Shown: positions 1 through 11,868 of the stretch, one piece after another
Numbering within the stretch: position 1 is the first letter of the stretch
How the letters are laid out: each line of letters begins with the position of its first letter
DNA from: Octopus sinensis
Taxonomy: Eukaryota
Direction of reading: 5' to 3'
Length of the DNA stretch: 64,000 nt
Assembly: GCF_006345805.1 (NCBI RefSeq)
Contig: NC_042997.1
Location: 142,166,001-142,230,000, forward strand
Notes under the pieces: model-generated
What the model was told of the DNA's origin: nothing
The model's input: only the letters and a program-made list of their open reading frames with translations
Database searches by the model: none
Translations under genes and position numbers: made by a program

Positions 1-26
1 CTGAAATAAAGATAAAACAATTGATT
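1..26 (-). other. Candidate 3' splice acceptor of a minus-strand intron (exon would lie just outside the window)
   Basis: Reverse complement reads aatcaattgttttatctttatttcag, a pyrimidine tract ending in CAG at base 1. The exon is not visible. Confidence 0.3.
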
Positions 27-1058
27 TTACACTTTTTCTAATGAGAACAGTAACATATTAGTTAGAAAGCTTTATTTAATCTTTTATAATTATAAATTTT
101 TCAGCTAATCAAAAGCTGTTGTTAAATGAACTGTTAAATATATCAAAAGAACAAAAGAAATATATGAAAATAATTACTAAAGAGGAAATCTTGATAAAAA
201 TGAAATAGCTTTTATTTTACTCTAGATTTAATTAACCTCCAATTAAGATCTTGAAAGCTATGCTGAATGCTGTGTGTGCTCTCTGCCACTAGGTCAATTA
301 CTTCATATTTTAAAGAACACCAAACTACTGATATCTTCTATGCTATTTCATTTTTGCTTAATTTTTATCAAAAGTCTTTTAAATTTTTTAATGTTTTTTT
401 TTCATGTTTTAGTTCCTTTTATTTACACTAGGAATTTTGAAATATCTGCACACTATGAAATGTCTGACTTGAAACATTTTATTTATTTTATTGGGGCTTG
501 TTAATTTATCCTTTATCTAAAATAATTTCCAACATTGTTTTCATTGTGTCACAATCATTTTGTGTAGAAAGACATCTCACAGAGAACATTGTCTTTTGCA
601 TTATTTTTTTCGCCACAGTATGTGATGGCTTGCTAAGATCATGCACATCGCTCTGCTATTTTGGACTAAATTAAAAAAAAAAAAGAGTAAACAAGATTAG
701 CAATTGTATGGTCACAAGTTCTAACTTTTCTATTAGCTAGTTGTGCTCTTCTCCTCTTCTCTGTATTTATCTGTTTCATGAACAACATTGCTGAACAGCA
801 TAAGAATTTCCTGCCAAACCACTATATTTGATGGCATTAATGATGCATGGGCATATTAGATGCTGTCCCCTCACATCTCTCATTTCAGCAGCACATATCC
901 AGGGGAAAAGGTTTTTATTGAATTAAACATGTGATATAAGTCTAACTTCATACAGAGGATTTGGCTGATTGTTTTGCACCTTTGTTGTAATAAAAGTGAA
1001 ATTCTGTCTGTCTGAGATCTCTGTATCTCAGACTACATTTGCTCTACATAGACATATT

Positions 1059-1294
1059 TATTTCTTTATTGTCTACAGGGAGCTAAACATAGAGGGGATA
1101 CACTAGTACAAACAAAGGGATTAAGTTGATTACATCGACTTCAGTACGTAACTGGTATTTATTTAATTGACTCCGAAAGGATGAAAGGCATAGTCAACCT
1201 TTGCGGAATTTGAACTCAGAACATAACAGCAGATGAAATACTGCTAAGCATTTCGCCTGATGTGCTAACGTTTCTGCCAGCTCACCGACTTCCA
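1059..1294 (-). mobile_element. tRNA-derived SINE, family A, with 18-bp TSD
   Basis: Minus strand has an A-box-like gctggcagaaacgttag, a B-box gagttcaaattcc and the family body. Direct repeat gctctacatagacatatt at 1041-1058 and 1295-1312. Confidence 0.9.
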
Positions 1295-1949
1295 GCTCTA
1301 CATAGACATATTATACCTTTTTGGAATCAGGATGATCCTGGGATTCAAAATCTGCTCTTCATTTGATTCTTGAACATCCAGCATTCAGATATGATTTAAA
1401 AGCATTTGGGTTGCTACTTTTAGCAGGTAAAGCTTGGTTGGTGTTTGTCACAGGACATCAGAGATAAATGACATTCACTTTGTAAATTTTATCTCGAAAT
1501 AAGAACTTTGGGAGAAATAGGCCAACAGTTGGAATTCTACTTGGGATTGGAACGATAAAATGATTGCATTACAGAATTAATTCTCATGCATCCTTAACCT
1601 CTGATCAAACACCAATGGTGCATATAATCATTATAGACGTATTATAGTCATGCTATTTAACTCTCTTTAGTTTTGGGCCACATAGTGTGGCTTTTAAGCT
1701 ATTTTGAATAAAAAAGTGTTCTTATGCCATCAAATACTGTACATGCCTATAGGTTCCAACTGTCACATAGTTTTTGGATTAAAAAGTTTCTTGTCCAAAT
1801 TGCACCATTTTAGCATCTTCTGACAAGAGGAGTTGCTTTCAGGCTCACCCTCTGCCAACACTGGTGTATCAAGAAGTTCAGTGAAATCCCCCAAACTTTT
1901 CTTCCTACATATTGGTTTCAAATTTTGGCATGAAGCTAGCAATTTCAAG

Positions 1950-2100
1950 GTAAAGCTAAGTTGATTAAATCTACCCCAGTGCTCAATTGGTTCTTATTTT
2001 ATCAATCCCAAAAGGTAAAAAGCAAAGTCGACTCCAGTGGCATTTGAACTCAGAACATAAAGATGGATGAAACACCACTGAACATTTTGACAACTCAAAC
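1950..2100 (-). mobile_element. Decayed SINE family A fragment
   Basis: aagcaaagtcgactccagtggcatttgaactcagaac matches the family A body and B-box. Confidence 0.7.
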
Positions 2101-2782
2101 TGTGGTGACCCTGTTGAATTCAAGAATTTGCTTGCCTTTATGCTTTACTGTTCATGTCACTTAGCTCCTGACTTCTACACTGCCTGTCTCTGTGAATCTA
2201 GCCTCTTTTAACATGTGCCAGAGCAAATCTGATTGAACAGATCTGTCGTGATATCAACACTCAAACATGTGGAAGATGTTTACCTATAATTTTATTGGTC
2301 AGATTTTTGTTGATGTCATTACTCATTCCGCCAAAACTCTAGTTTTTGTTTCTGATTGAAAGTAACAAGTCTGGTATTAAAAATCAGCCTATAGATCTGC
2401 TATATTATCAAATAATGTCCTGATATTTAGTGTCCATATTCCATTCTTTCACAGAATACTTGTTAAACATGGCATGTTTTATGAAGTTTAGTATAAATCA
2501 GAACGAAACCAGGCCCCTTGTATTCTTTTATTGTTTTAATGGTTTTAGTCATAGGACTACAGCCATGCTGGAACATTGTCTTAAGTGTTGCATGTTTATT
2601 TTTGTCTGTCAGATTAAGGATGATCTTAATTTATTCTACATCATTTGCCATTTGTAAAGTTTAGAAAAACATGAAATAATAATTTTGAAAAATATGTGTA
2701 TTTTATATATGTAGAACATAGCTTCAAGAGAATGTAAATATTGAGTCCATTCTGCCAAATGCCATTGTATGAATGATCAATA

Positions 2783-2996
2783 GTTCTTCTATTATAGGTA
2801 CAAGGCCTGAAATTTGCAGGCGGAGGTAAGTCGATTGCATCGACCCCAGTGCATAACTGGTACTTATTTAATTGATCCCAAAGGGATGAAAGGCAAAGTC
2901 GACCTTCGTGGAACTTGCACTCAGAACTGAGCAACAGGCGAAATATTGTTAAGTGTTTCGTCCAGCATGCTAGCAATTCTGCCAGCTCGCCGCCTA
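2783..2996 (-). mobile_element. SINE family A (short-tail variant) with 16-bp TSD
   Basis: Head aggcggcgagctggcagaattgctag on the minus strand. TSD gtatgaatgatcaata at 2767-2782 and 2997-3012. Confidence 0.9.
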
Positions 2997-3119
2997 GTAT
3001 GAATGATCAATAATGTCATGATAGACTAAATGACAAAATTTGATCTTTTGACAGTTACAAATTTGGTTCAGTTATATTTCTAATGATTATAATGACCATT
3101 TTTCACATTTCTATCACGT

Positions 3120-3470
3120 AAAAAACCCCATTCGAGCGTTATCGTTACCTGCGTCACCTTACTGGCATATGAAAAAACATTCAAGCAAGGTCGTTGCCAG
3201 TGCCGCTGGACTGGCTCCTGTGCAGGTGGCACATAAAGAGCACCATTTGAGTGTGGCCACTGCCAGTACCTTCTGACTGGCCCTCGTGTCGGTGGCGCGT
3301 AAAAGCACTTACTACACTCTCGCAGTGGTTGGCATTAGGAAGGGCATCCATCTGTAGAAACTCTGCCAGATCAGATTGGAGTCTGGTGCAGCCATCTGGT
3401 TCGCCAGTTCTCAGTCAAATCGTCCAACCCATGCTAGCATGGAAAGCGGACATTAAAGGATGATAATGAT
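3120..3470 (+). mobile_element. Family C repeat: LINE-type 3' end (probably RTE-related) with (GAT)n tail
   Basis: ggttggcattaggaagggcatcc...catgctagcatggaaagcggacattaaa followed by gatgataatgat. More than 10 copies in the window. Confidence 0.75.
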
Positions 3471-3474
3471 ATAT

Positions 3475-3679
3475 ACCTGTTGAAATATGCTACCTTTGTT
3501 TCAATTAATTTTGAAAATAATGAAGAATTAGGTAAAATAATGTTGACATTAAGCTGATATTTGGAACATAAATTAACTTGAAATTATAATGGAAGATTTT
3601 AATTTAGATAATTTTAACTATGAAGTTTATATCATAGATCCAAGGATGGACTCAGGTGGGTTGGAAACAGAAGGATTAA
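3475..3679. mobile_element. TTAA-flanked MITE family F (piggyBac-like)
   Basis: Near-identical to 7756-7950; ends in ggattaa/ggttaa. Confidence 0.65.
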
Positions 3680-3903
3680 CCTATTAGAATTCGGATTATT
3701 CTGGCAAAAGTAATACTTATTCATTCACATTGTTTTGAATTAATTATGCATTTTCTCACATTCTTGAGATTTTGATGAAGTAACTATTAATTTTTAGAAT
3801 AATATTGTAGGTTTGGTGTGAGAAGCCAGATCTGGAAAGTTTGAACATAAAGCAGACGGAATATTTTGGCCAAATATGGCTGGTTTAAATGCCCAAAGGT
3901 TAA
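3676..3903. mobile_element. TTAA-flanked MITE family G (piggyBac-like), sharing its TTAA with family F
   Basis: ttaacctattagaatt...aaatgcccaaaggttaa. Homologous to 14890-15110 and 54025-54252 (ttaaccatttagcatt...tactaaagggtcaa). Confidence 0.7.
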
Positions 3904-3938
3904 ATATGTAAAACAGTTTAAAATATTTTAATAAGTAA

Positions 3939-4294
3939 CGTTGCCGGGTCATAGTGCTAGTGCATGCATATACAGCTGTGTGTGTGTGCACATACACGCG
4001 AGTACTGTTCAAATCTCTGACCAGTCACATACAGCTAGCTGGCATTCAATTGGCGTATCAAGTTTCGGGCATTTTGATTGGGTTTTGGATAGAAAATTCG
4101 CAAAAAAGTCACTTCTGTTGATTTTTTAATGGCTTTGCGGGGTGACCTTTGGAAATGTAAAGATGTGCACGACCACCCTTGGATGGTTTTGAATGACCAT
4201 AGAAAGTGCAAACCCTCTAACTGAAAAATTGTGGATTTGTATAAAGGATACACACACACACACACAGACATTTTGCTGTTTATATATAGAGAGA
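3939..4294 (-). mobile_element. Non-autonomous Helitron, 3'-truncated copy
   Basis: Minus strand begins A|TCTCTCTATATATAAAC, matches 37277-37640 along its length, and stops inside the terminal hairpin (gacccggcaacg). Confidence 0.8.
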
Positions 4295-4770
4295 TGTAAA
4301 TCAGTGGAAAATTCTGGTTCTGTAATTTTCTTTTATTTCAAAACAAATTATGTCTTAGCTTGAGAAAGAAGAGTAACAACAATAATTCTTCAGAGCCTTC
4401 AAGCCTGGTGTGAGAAAGGGACAAGAGTTTTCTTCAGATTGGAGACTCCAGCCTGAATACATGGGTATATAGTGGACTCCATTGAAAGTACCCAAGTTCC
4501 AGGTGGTGCTGTTAAACCAGTCAACAGGTTAAAACTATCACTGAAGAACAGGAAGTCCTTCAACAGATATTCACACAACTTTCATTTACCAAATGTTATT
4601 AACATAGCTTTGATTGGTCTGAAGCATGGTGTGTAGTTTATTTTGGTGTACTTGTCTAACAAGTGACTTTATATGAAAAATCGTTGAAACTGAAATAGCA
4701 ACACCATGAAAACATCATATTTACCATTTCAGAAAATATAAAACCTGTTGCATTCGTTTTCGTTTGTTTA

Positions 4771-4897
4771 TAATAGTACTATGTACTTTGAAGTGTGTAC
4801 TCTGCAATGTAGTGATTGACACAATTCCAGTTGCCAGGCTTCAGAAGCATGGCAACTTTTTTTGTTTTTTGACACTTCATAGTACATAGTACTATTA
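4771..4897. mobile_element. Small fold-back/MITE with TA ends
   Basis: taatagtactatgtactttgaagtgt (4771-4796) is inverted at 4872-4897 with 1 mismatch. Inner hairpin at 4829-4857. Confidence 0.6.
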
Positions 4898-5364
4898 ATA
4901 AATGAAAGTGAATGTAACAAGTTATTTTGTGTGTTCATAAAGGAGTATATACTTAACAAACTCAAAATAGCAGAGACAATAATAGTGGTAGCGGTTAGAG
5001 ATTGGTATGTAACAGTATATCAATAGTTATAGTGTTGATATGCAATTATATATCTATCTGTATCGTAGCATTGTTTTTAAACAGATTTTTATGTCATCAA
5101 AGGCAGGCCTGCAAAAGAGAAAGAAAGAGAGAGAGAGAAGTCATTGTTTCTTAGATAAATTATACAGTTTAGCTGGGCTGATGATGAGAGCAAATTGCTT
5201 CCAAGAATGATGGCAACGATGTTGATGACAATGATGCAAAATTTTTGTTTTTATAATTATAAATTTTTTTTACAGTTTTAGATTTTTCTTCTTTATCATC
5301 ATCATCATCATTATTATTATTCTTTCGTAACACAGTGTAGGTAAAAATGCACTGGAGTCTTTAG

Positions 5365-5369
5365 TCACC

Positions 5370-5424
<55 letters not shown>

Positions 5425-6352
5425 CATCATTATTTGTATACACTCAACAGATTAGCCTGTTGGAAGAGAAAAAAATCCTAACATCAGGCTACAGTAAGTA
5501 ACCTTAGATGCCAAGAACCCTTCTAAGTATCCTAGCTGTCCCTAATAACACTATTTTCTGCAGCTGTACTGAACTGGGTTTTCTGTCTATTTCTTCTAGC
5601 CATCTGTTCAGATCTTTAGGGATAATAATAATCTTTTCTACTAAATGCAGAAGGCCTGAAATTATAATAATGATAATAATAATAATAAGGACAGTGAGCT
5701 GGCAGAACCATTAGCACGCTGGGTGAAATACTTAGCAGCATTTTGTCTGTCTTCATGTTCTGAGTTGAAATTCTGCTGAGGTTGATTTTGCCTTTCATCC
5801 TTTTGGAGTCAAGAAAATAAGTACCAGTTAAGCACTGGGGTCGAGGTAATCAACTTACCCCCTCTCACGAAATAACTGGGCATATACCAAAATTTGAAAC
5901 CATCATCATCATCATCATCATCATTATTATTATAAAAGTGGCAAGCTGGCAGAATCATTAGCACGCCGGACGAAATGCTTGGCAGTATTTCGTCTGCCGC
6001 TACATTCTGAGTTCAAATTCCGCCAAGGTTGGCTTTGCCTTACATCCTTTCGGAGTCGATTAAATAAGTACCAGTTACGCACTGGGGTCAATATAATCGA
6101 CTTAATCCGTTTGTCTGTCCTTGTTTGTCCTCTCTGTGTTTAGCCCCTTGTGGGTAGTAAAGAAATAGGTATTTCATCCGTCTTTATGTTCTGAATTCAA
6201 ATTCCACTGTGGTCAACTTTGCTTTTCATCCTTTTGGGGGCCAATAAATTAAGTACCAGTGAAACACTGGGGTCGATGTATTCAGCTGGTCCCCTTCCTA
6301 CAAATTTCAGGTCGTGTGCCTTTAGTAGAAAAGATTATTATTATTATTATTA

Positions 6353-6390
<38 letters not shown>

Positions 6391-6576
6391 TTTGAGTTCA
6401 AATTCCACCAGGGTCAGTTTTACCTTTCATCTTTTCAGGGTCGATAAAATAAGTACCAGCTGAGCACTGATATAACTGACTAGCTCCTACTCATCAAATT
6501 TCAAGCCTTGTGCATGCAGTAGAAAGGATTATTGTTGTCGTTGCTGCTGTTATTATTATTATTATTATTATTATTA

Positions 6577-6613
<37 letters not shown>

Positions 6614-6845
6614 CATGAAGAGAGTAAGCCGAAAGAATCATTACCATGCCAGGCAAAATGTTTAACAGTATTTCTTCTGGCTCTTTATGTGCTGAGCTCA
6701 GATCCCACCGAGATTAACTTTGCCTTTTGGGGGTCCATAAAATTAAGTACCAATCAAATACTGGCTGATGAAATTGACTTGCCCCTTCCCTCAAAATTAC
6801 TGGCCTTGAGCCAAAATTAGAAAGAATTATTATTATTATTATTAT
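5365..6845 (+). mobile_element. Head-to-tail train of 4-5 family A SINE units separated by (ATT)n/(ATC)n
   Basis: Units at ~5690-5900, 5936-6335, 6390-6530 and 6620-6825, each with gagttcaaattcc or a variant and each followed by (ATT)n. Confidence 0.85.
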
Positions 6846-7755
6846 TGTTATTGGTTTTGTTCAGTTTTTCTTATAGGAGCAGAGGGCTGTGAGGGTTGCC
6901 ATGTTTAATGAAATTAAAATGGTTTTACCCATCAAGGCATAGAAAAAAGAATTACATGGATACAAACTCTATTCTCTCTTCTCATTAATAAAGGGAAGTG
7001 GTGATGATAAAAAGAAAAGATTTTCCTAGTATTTCCTGCAGCTGAGGTTTTGGGGTAGGAGTGGTAGTTGTCAGTTTTAGGATGCTTGGGTTAGTGAAAT
7101 CAGTGAGAAAACAATGTTTTTATTAATAATATTGTAACTTCATTTTTTATTTTGTGCAAATGTATCAACACACACACACATATGATCATTAGTATTATGA
7201 TGGCTACAAGGTACAGACTAAATAAATATTTTGTTTCTACTTCATGAATCATATTGTTAAATTTCTATTTCTCCGTGACCTTAATTTAGATGACATACAA
7301 AATACAATGAATTTTAAATTATTTATAAATAATTAAAATTTACAATTTTTTACTCTCTCGTATTAAAATAGTTCTGATAGATTATATGTTGTGATTGTTT
7401 GGCTGCAGGTCAGCCCTGAACAAGTACAGACCGCTGGTGAAAGACATTCCACTTGTAACCATCTTTTCTCACTTTTGGACACTCTTATCTTATAGTACTA
7501 ACTCAAATGTTTTGAGTTCAATTCTATTCCAAGCATTTTGTTATGTGTCTAGGGACCTGACTTAGCTTTCAGAAATAGCTCTCAGATCAGTAACTGAAGA
7601 TGAACCAGTATCTTATTTAAGCACAAGGTTAAACTGTTAAGTGTGTGATTTGAGAGAAATTTGCTGCTATGTTCATATAGTTCAAGAGACATCTTGTATG
7701 AGGTAACCAATGACAGGACACAGAGGCACTGTCATTGGTCTCCTCATAAAAGTTC

Positions 7756-7950
7756 CTTTACATGTTACAGATTTATTTTGAAAATAATGAAGAATTTAAT
7801 GAAATAATGTTGTCATTAAGCTGATATTTGGAACATAAATTAACTTGAAATTATAATGAAAGATTTTAATTTAAATCATTTTTACTATGAAGTTTTATCA
7901 TAGAACCAGAGATGGCTTCAGGTGGGTTGGAATGAAAAAAAAAAGGTTAA
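7756..7950. mobile_element. MITE family F
   Basis: Matches 3475-3679; ends aaggttaa. Confidence 0.65.
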
Positions 7951-8089
7951 ATATCCAAAACACTTTAAAGTATTTTAGTAAATAATGTGGAATGAACCTG
8001 TGGAAGAGATAGATCTAGGAAGATGTGAGATGAGGTGATGAAACATGATCTTTGATTGTGGCATCTCACAGAGGCAATGACAATTGATT

Positions 8090-8390
8090 GTGACTTTTGG
8101 TGGTTTGCTAAGCTTGAGAAGACACGTCAAGCCATGTGAAATCATAGCTATGGCCAGTGCCAATGACGTGTAACAGCTGCCATGCTGGTGACAATTAAAA
8201 GCACCTGTGCTGGTGACACGTAAAAGGCACCCACTACATTCTTGGAGTGGTTGGCATTAGGAAGGACATCCAGCCATAGAAACCAAGCCTAATTCAGACT
8301 GAAACCTGCTGCAGTTTTCTGGCTTATTAGTTCCAGTCAAACCATCTAACCCATGCCAGCATGGAAAGTGGGCATTAAATAATGATGAAT
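8090..8390 (+). mobile_element. Family C repeat
   Basis: ggagtggttggcattaggaaggacatcc...catgccagcatggaaagtgggcattaaataatgatga. Confidence 0.75.
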
Positions 8391-9011
8391 GTAAATTGGT
8401 GGAAAATACCAAGAGTAAGTGGTATGACAAAGGTATTCCAGCTATGACCATCCTGTCTATTTTCATATGCCAGCATATGATGATGGTATTGTTTAGTCTG
8501 TTTTTCCCTCTTCCTTTGAAGACTGCAGTGTGTGCGATTTATGAGCAACTGAGATAGTTTTTGTGTAAGTTGATAATTTTTTAAGGCAGTAGGCTATTGA
8601 AAGCCTTCCCTTTTTCTTTGCATGTATCACAGTCTACATTCTCTAATGTATCCTTCCTTTTAGAAGGTAGGGTGTTGATTTGGGGAATATTTAGTGGCTT
8701 ATTTCTAGCATGGGTGGACTTTTAATAAACAGCTACTACCTATCTTTGACATTACCAGTGATAAAGTACTGTAATGTATCCTGTATTCAATGTATCCTTA
8801 CATTTTTTTGAGGCTGTAGCATGTGATTTGAGTGAAATTTGTTGCTATTTCTAGCAGTTTCAGCAACTGCTATGTCCACTTTCAAACATATTCATACATA
8901 GTATAGATATGTGGTTAAGAACATCACTTCCCAACTACATGGTTTCAGGTTCAGTCTACTATAGCAACTGTGAGTTAGTTGAAGGCAACTGAAAGAAGCT
9001 CATTATATATA

Positions 9012-9385
9012 TCATCATCATCATCATCATCATCATTTAGCGTCCGTTTTCCATGCTAGCATGGGTTGGACGGTTCTACTGGGGTCTGTGAAGCCAGAAG
9101 GCTTCATCAGGCCCAGTCAAATCTGGCAGTGTTTCTACGGCTGGATGCCCTTCCTAACGCCAACCACTCCGTGAGTGTAGTGGGTGCTTTTTACGTGCCA
9201 CCCGCACTGGTGCCAGACAGAGCTGGCAAACGGCCACGAACGGATGGTGCTTTTTATGTGCCACCGGCACGAGGGCCAGGCGAGGCTGGCAACGGACACG
9301 AAACGGGGCGGTGCTGGCAACGGTCGCGAAACGGAAAGTTCTCTTACATGCCACCGGCACTGGTAACACATCTGCAATTTCCATT
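9012..9385 (-). mobile_element. Family C repeat (young, CpG-rich copy)
   Basis: (CAT)n then ttagcgtccgttttccatgctagcatggg...ggatgcccttcctaacgccaacc. Confidence 0.8.
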
Positions 9386-9393
9386 GATCGATT

Positions 9394-9424
<31 letters not shown>

Positions 9425-9540
9425 GTATATGTATATAAGATATGTATTCCATGTTAACATGTTTGGCTATGTTTATAATATATCTTCCGTAATGTATTAA
9501 AACATTACTTTTTAATTATATATATATATATATATATCAA

Positions 9541-10062
9541 TTTTCACATCAACTTAACTTGGATTTATTGTTTTAAGTTCCATAAGCTGCAGTAATCATT
9601 CAAAGAAATCATCTTGTATAAACATTTAGTGTTAACTAGCAAGATTATATCAGCAGACAAAATTTCATCAGCCCTCACAGATAGGACTCTTGTATCATGT
9701 GATTTTGATGTAATTTTTTCCTCGTCAGAAACAGACACCACTGAATGCCAGACTGAAATCTCATCAAACCAAAATACTTTAATACTGACTAAACAGTCAG
9801 TGATGTCTCAAAAAGCTGGTGGGCTTTGTGTAAATTAGTCATTAGTAATGGAAGCAGTCTTTGTAATGAATGTTATTTTGCATATCCAACTTAACTTGGA
9901 CGTGTTGTTTAAATCCCATAAGCTGCAGTATTTGTCCTGAAAAATCATCTACAAATGTTTGGTGCTATGTAGCACAGATTGTATTTGGGCATTAAAAACA
10001 AAACTTCCAAGTTGAGTTGAATGTACAAATTAATAATCATTACAAAGACTGCTTCCATTGCT
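9541..10062. repeat. Decayed MITE-like repeat with direct and inverted segments
   Basis: caacttaacttgga...ccataagctgcagta occurs at ~9550 and ~9886. gtaatggaagcagtctttgtaatga (~9845) is inverted at ~10035-10060. A related motif is at ~40637. Confidence 0.5.
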
Positions 10063-10304
10063 TGTGTGTGTGTAAATGGTGTGTGTAAATGGGAACCACC
10101 ATGATATAAGCAGTGTCATTCATTTCTTCCTTTCTTCTATGGAAACATGTCAGGCTGTGAGGAAATATTACCTTGCCTGGAAACAAGTGAGGGTTGGTAA
10201 CAGGAAAGCTACTTGGCTGTAGAATATCTGCCTGGATGAATTCTATCTAAGCCCACACCATGCAAGCATGGAACAGTGGACATTAATATATATATATATA
10301 TATA

Positions 10305-10880
10305 TTCTTCTATTCTTTTATTTGTTTTAGTTATCTTGACAGCAGCCATGCTGGAGCACCGCCTTTAGTCAAACAAATTGACCCCAGGACTTTGAAAGCC
10401 TAGTACTTATTCTATCGGCCTCTTTTGCTGAACTACTAAGTTACAGGGACATAAACACACCATCATCAGTTTTCAAGCGATGTTGGTGGGACAAACACAG
10501 ACACACAAACATATGCCCATACACATACACACTATATATATATATATATATCTATATATATATATATATATATATATCGGCCTGCTCGCTTAGCCAACAG
10601 GGTGGTGTCATTCGAAGGCTAAAACAATGCGAAGCGCATTGTGACCAGCGATGTGTAACTACATCTGATGGTCTGGTCAGTCACGTGATCACGTAATATA
10701 TATATATATATATATACACACAACGGGCTTCTTTCAGTTTCCGTCTACCAAATCCACTCACAAGGCTTTGGTTGGCCTGAATCTATATTAGAAGACACTT
10801 GCTCAAGGTCCCACGTAGTGAGGCTAAATCTGGAACCATGTAATTGGTAAGCAAGCTACTTACCACACATCCACTCCTGC
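10305..10880 (-). mobile_element. Composite SINE family B (tRNA head, CORE-like box, internal (TA/TG)n, 3' tail) with a nested family D fragment at 10577-10695
   Basis: Head gagtggatgtgtggtaagtagcttgcttacc on the minus strand; tail ...ggtgctccagcatggctgc. A foreign segment sits inside the (TA)n linker. Confidence 0.85.
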
Positions 10881-10884
10881 ACCT

Positions 10885-11011
10885 ATATGTGTGTGTGTGT
10901 GTATGTTTATATATACATATATATATGTATATATATATATGTATATATATGTATATATATGTATATATGTATATATATGTATATATATGTATATATGTAT
11001 ATATATGTATA

Positions 11012-11056
<45 letters not shown>
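10885..11056. repeat. (TA)n/(TATG)n microsatellite
   Basis: Directly visible. Confidence 0.95.
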
Positions 11057-11059
<3 letters not shown>

Positions 11060-11825
11060 GTAAATAAATCAAGGTAGAAAATGGTAAAATAACTTTACCA
11101 TAAAAAACATTTTAGTACCGGTTTCAGTCACTGAAACTTTTTCAAAGTCTAATTAAATTTTGGAAAAATTAAATGAAAAGTTTTTTAAAAGAATATTTGC
11201 ATAGTATTCAATTACAAGGGGCATTTTCCTTGTTTCTGCTTGTCACTGTCTCTCTTTTTTACTCTTGTGGGTTCGAGGTCGTTGTGAATTCTTGGCAGAG
11301 AAGAAGAAAAGAATTCCGGAGTGGTATGATAGTAGTAGGATGTCAAATGGTCAAGTGCCCTGAAAGTGACTTGTGGATGGTAGTAGTGATTGAATTTTTG
11401 AGGTATCTCTTTTGAATGTATTGTTATTTAAAAATATAGATAGAGAGAGAGAGAAAGGGAAAGAAGAAAAGAAGAACAGTGAGCAAGGCAAAGAGTAAAC
11501 ACCATGATTAAATTTAGCAATAAAAACCAGGAAATAGTATCCCCTTATTTCCAGCAAAAACAGTAGCTCATTGGACTTTTCCCATCCTGTTCTCCTGGTG
11601 CTCTCAATGCTTTCAGAGCACCCTTTTCTGCATATTTGGAAAAGGGTGTTCTAAATATTAATCCTGAATGTGTAAATTGCACTTTATGTGATTCAACTTA
11701 TACATTGTAACGTTTGAGATTCGAGCTAGAAACCTTTGATTCTAAATTTAGGATGCTATGGCTCTTATCTGCTAGATCACATTTACATACATACATGTTT
11801 GCATGCATGTGTGTGCATGCACGCG

Positions 11826-11868
<43 letters not shown>

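Noticed and set aside
1763-1948. 61-aa minus ORF and nearby protein-like fragments (1330-1560, 4360-4630, 59340-59640)
   Set aside because: Interrupted by stops or frameshifts with no recognisable motif; possibly very old TE debris but unsupported.
9066-9500. 144-aa ORF and overlapping ORFs
   Set aside because: Lie within a family C repeat plus (TA)n; the same pseudo-ORFs recur at other copies.
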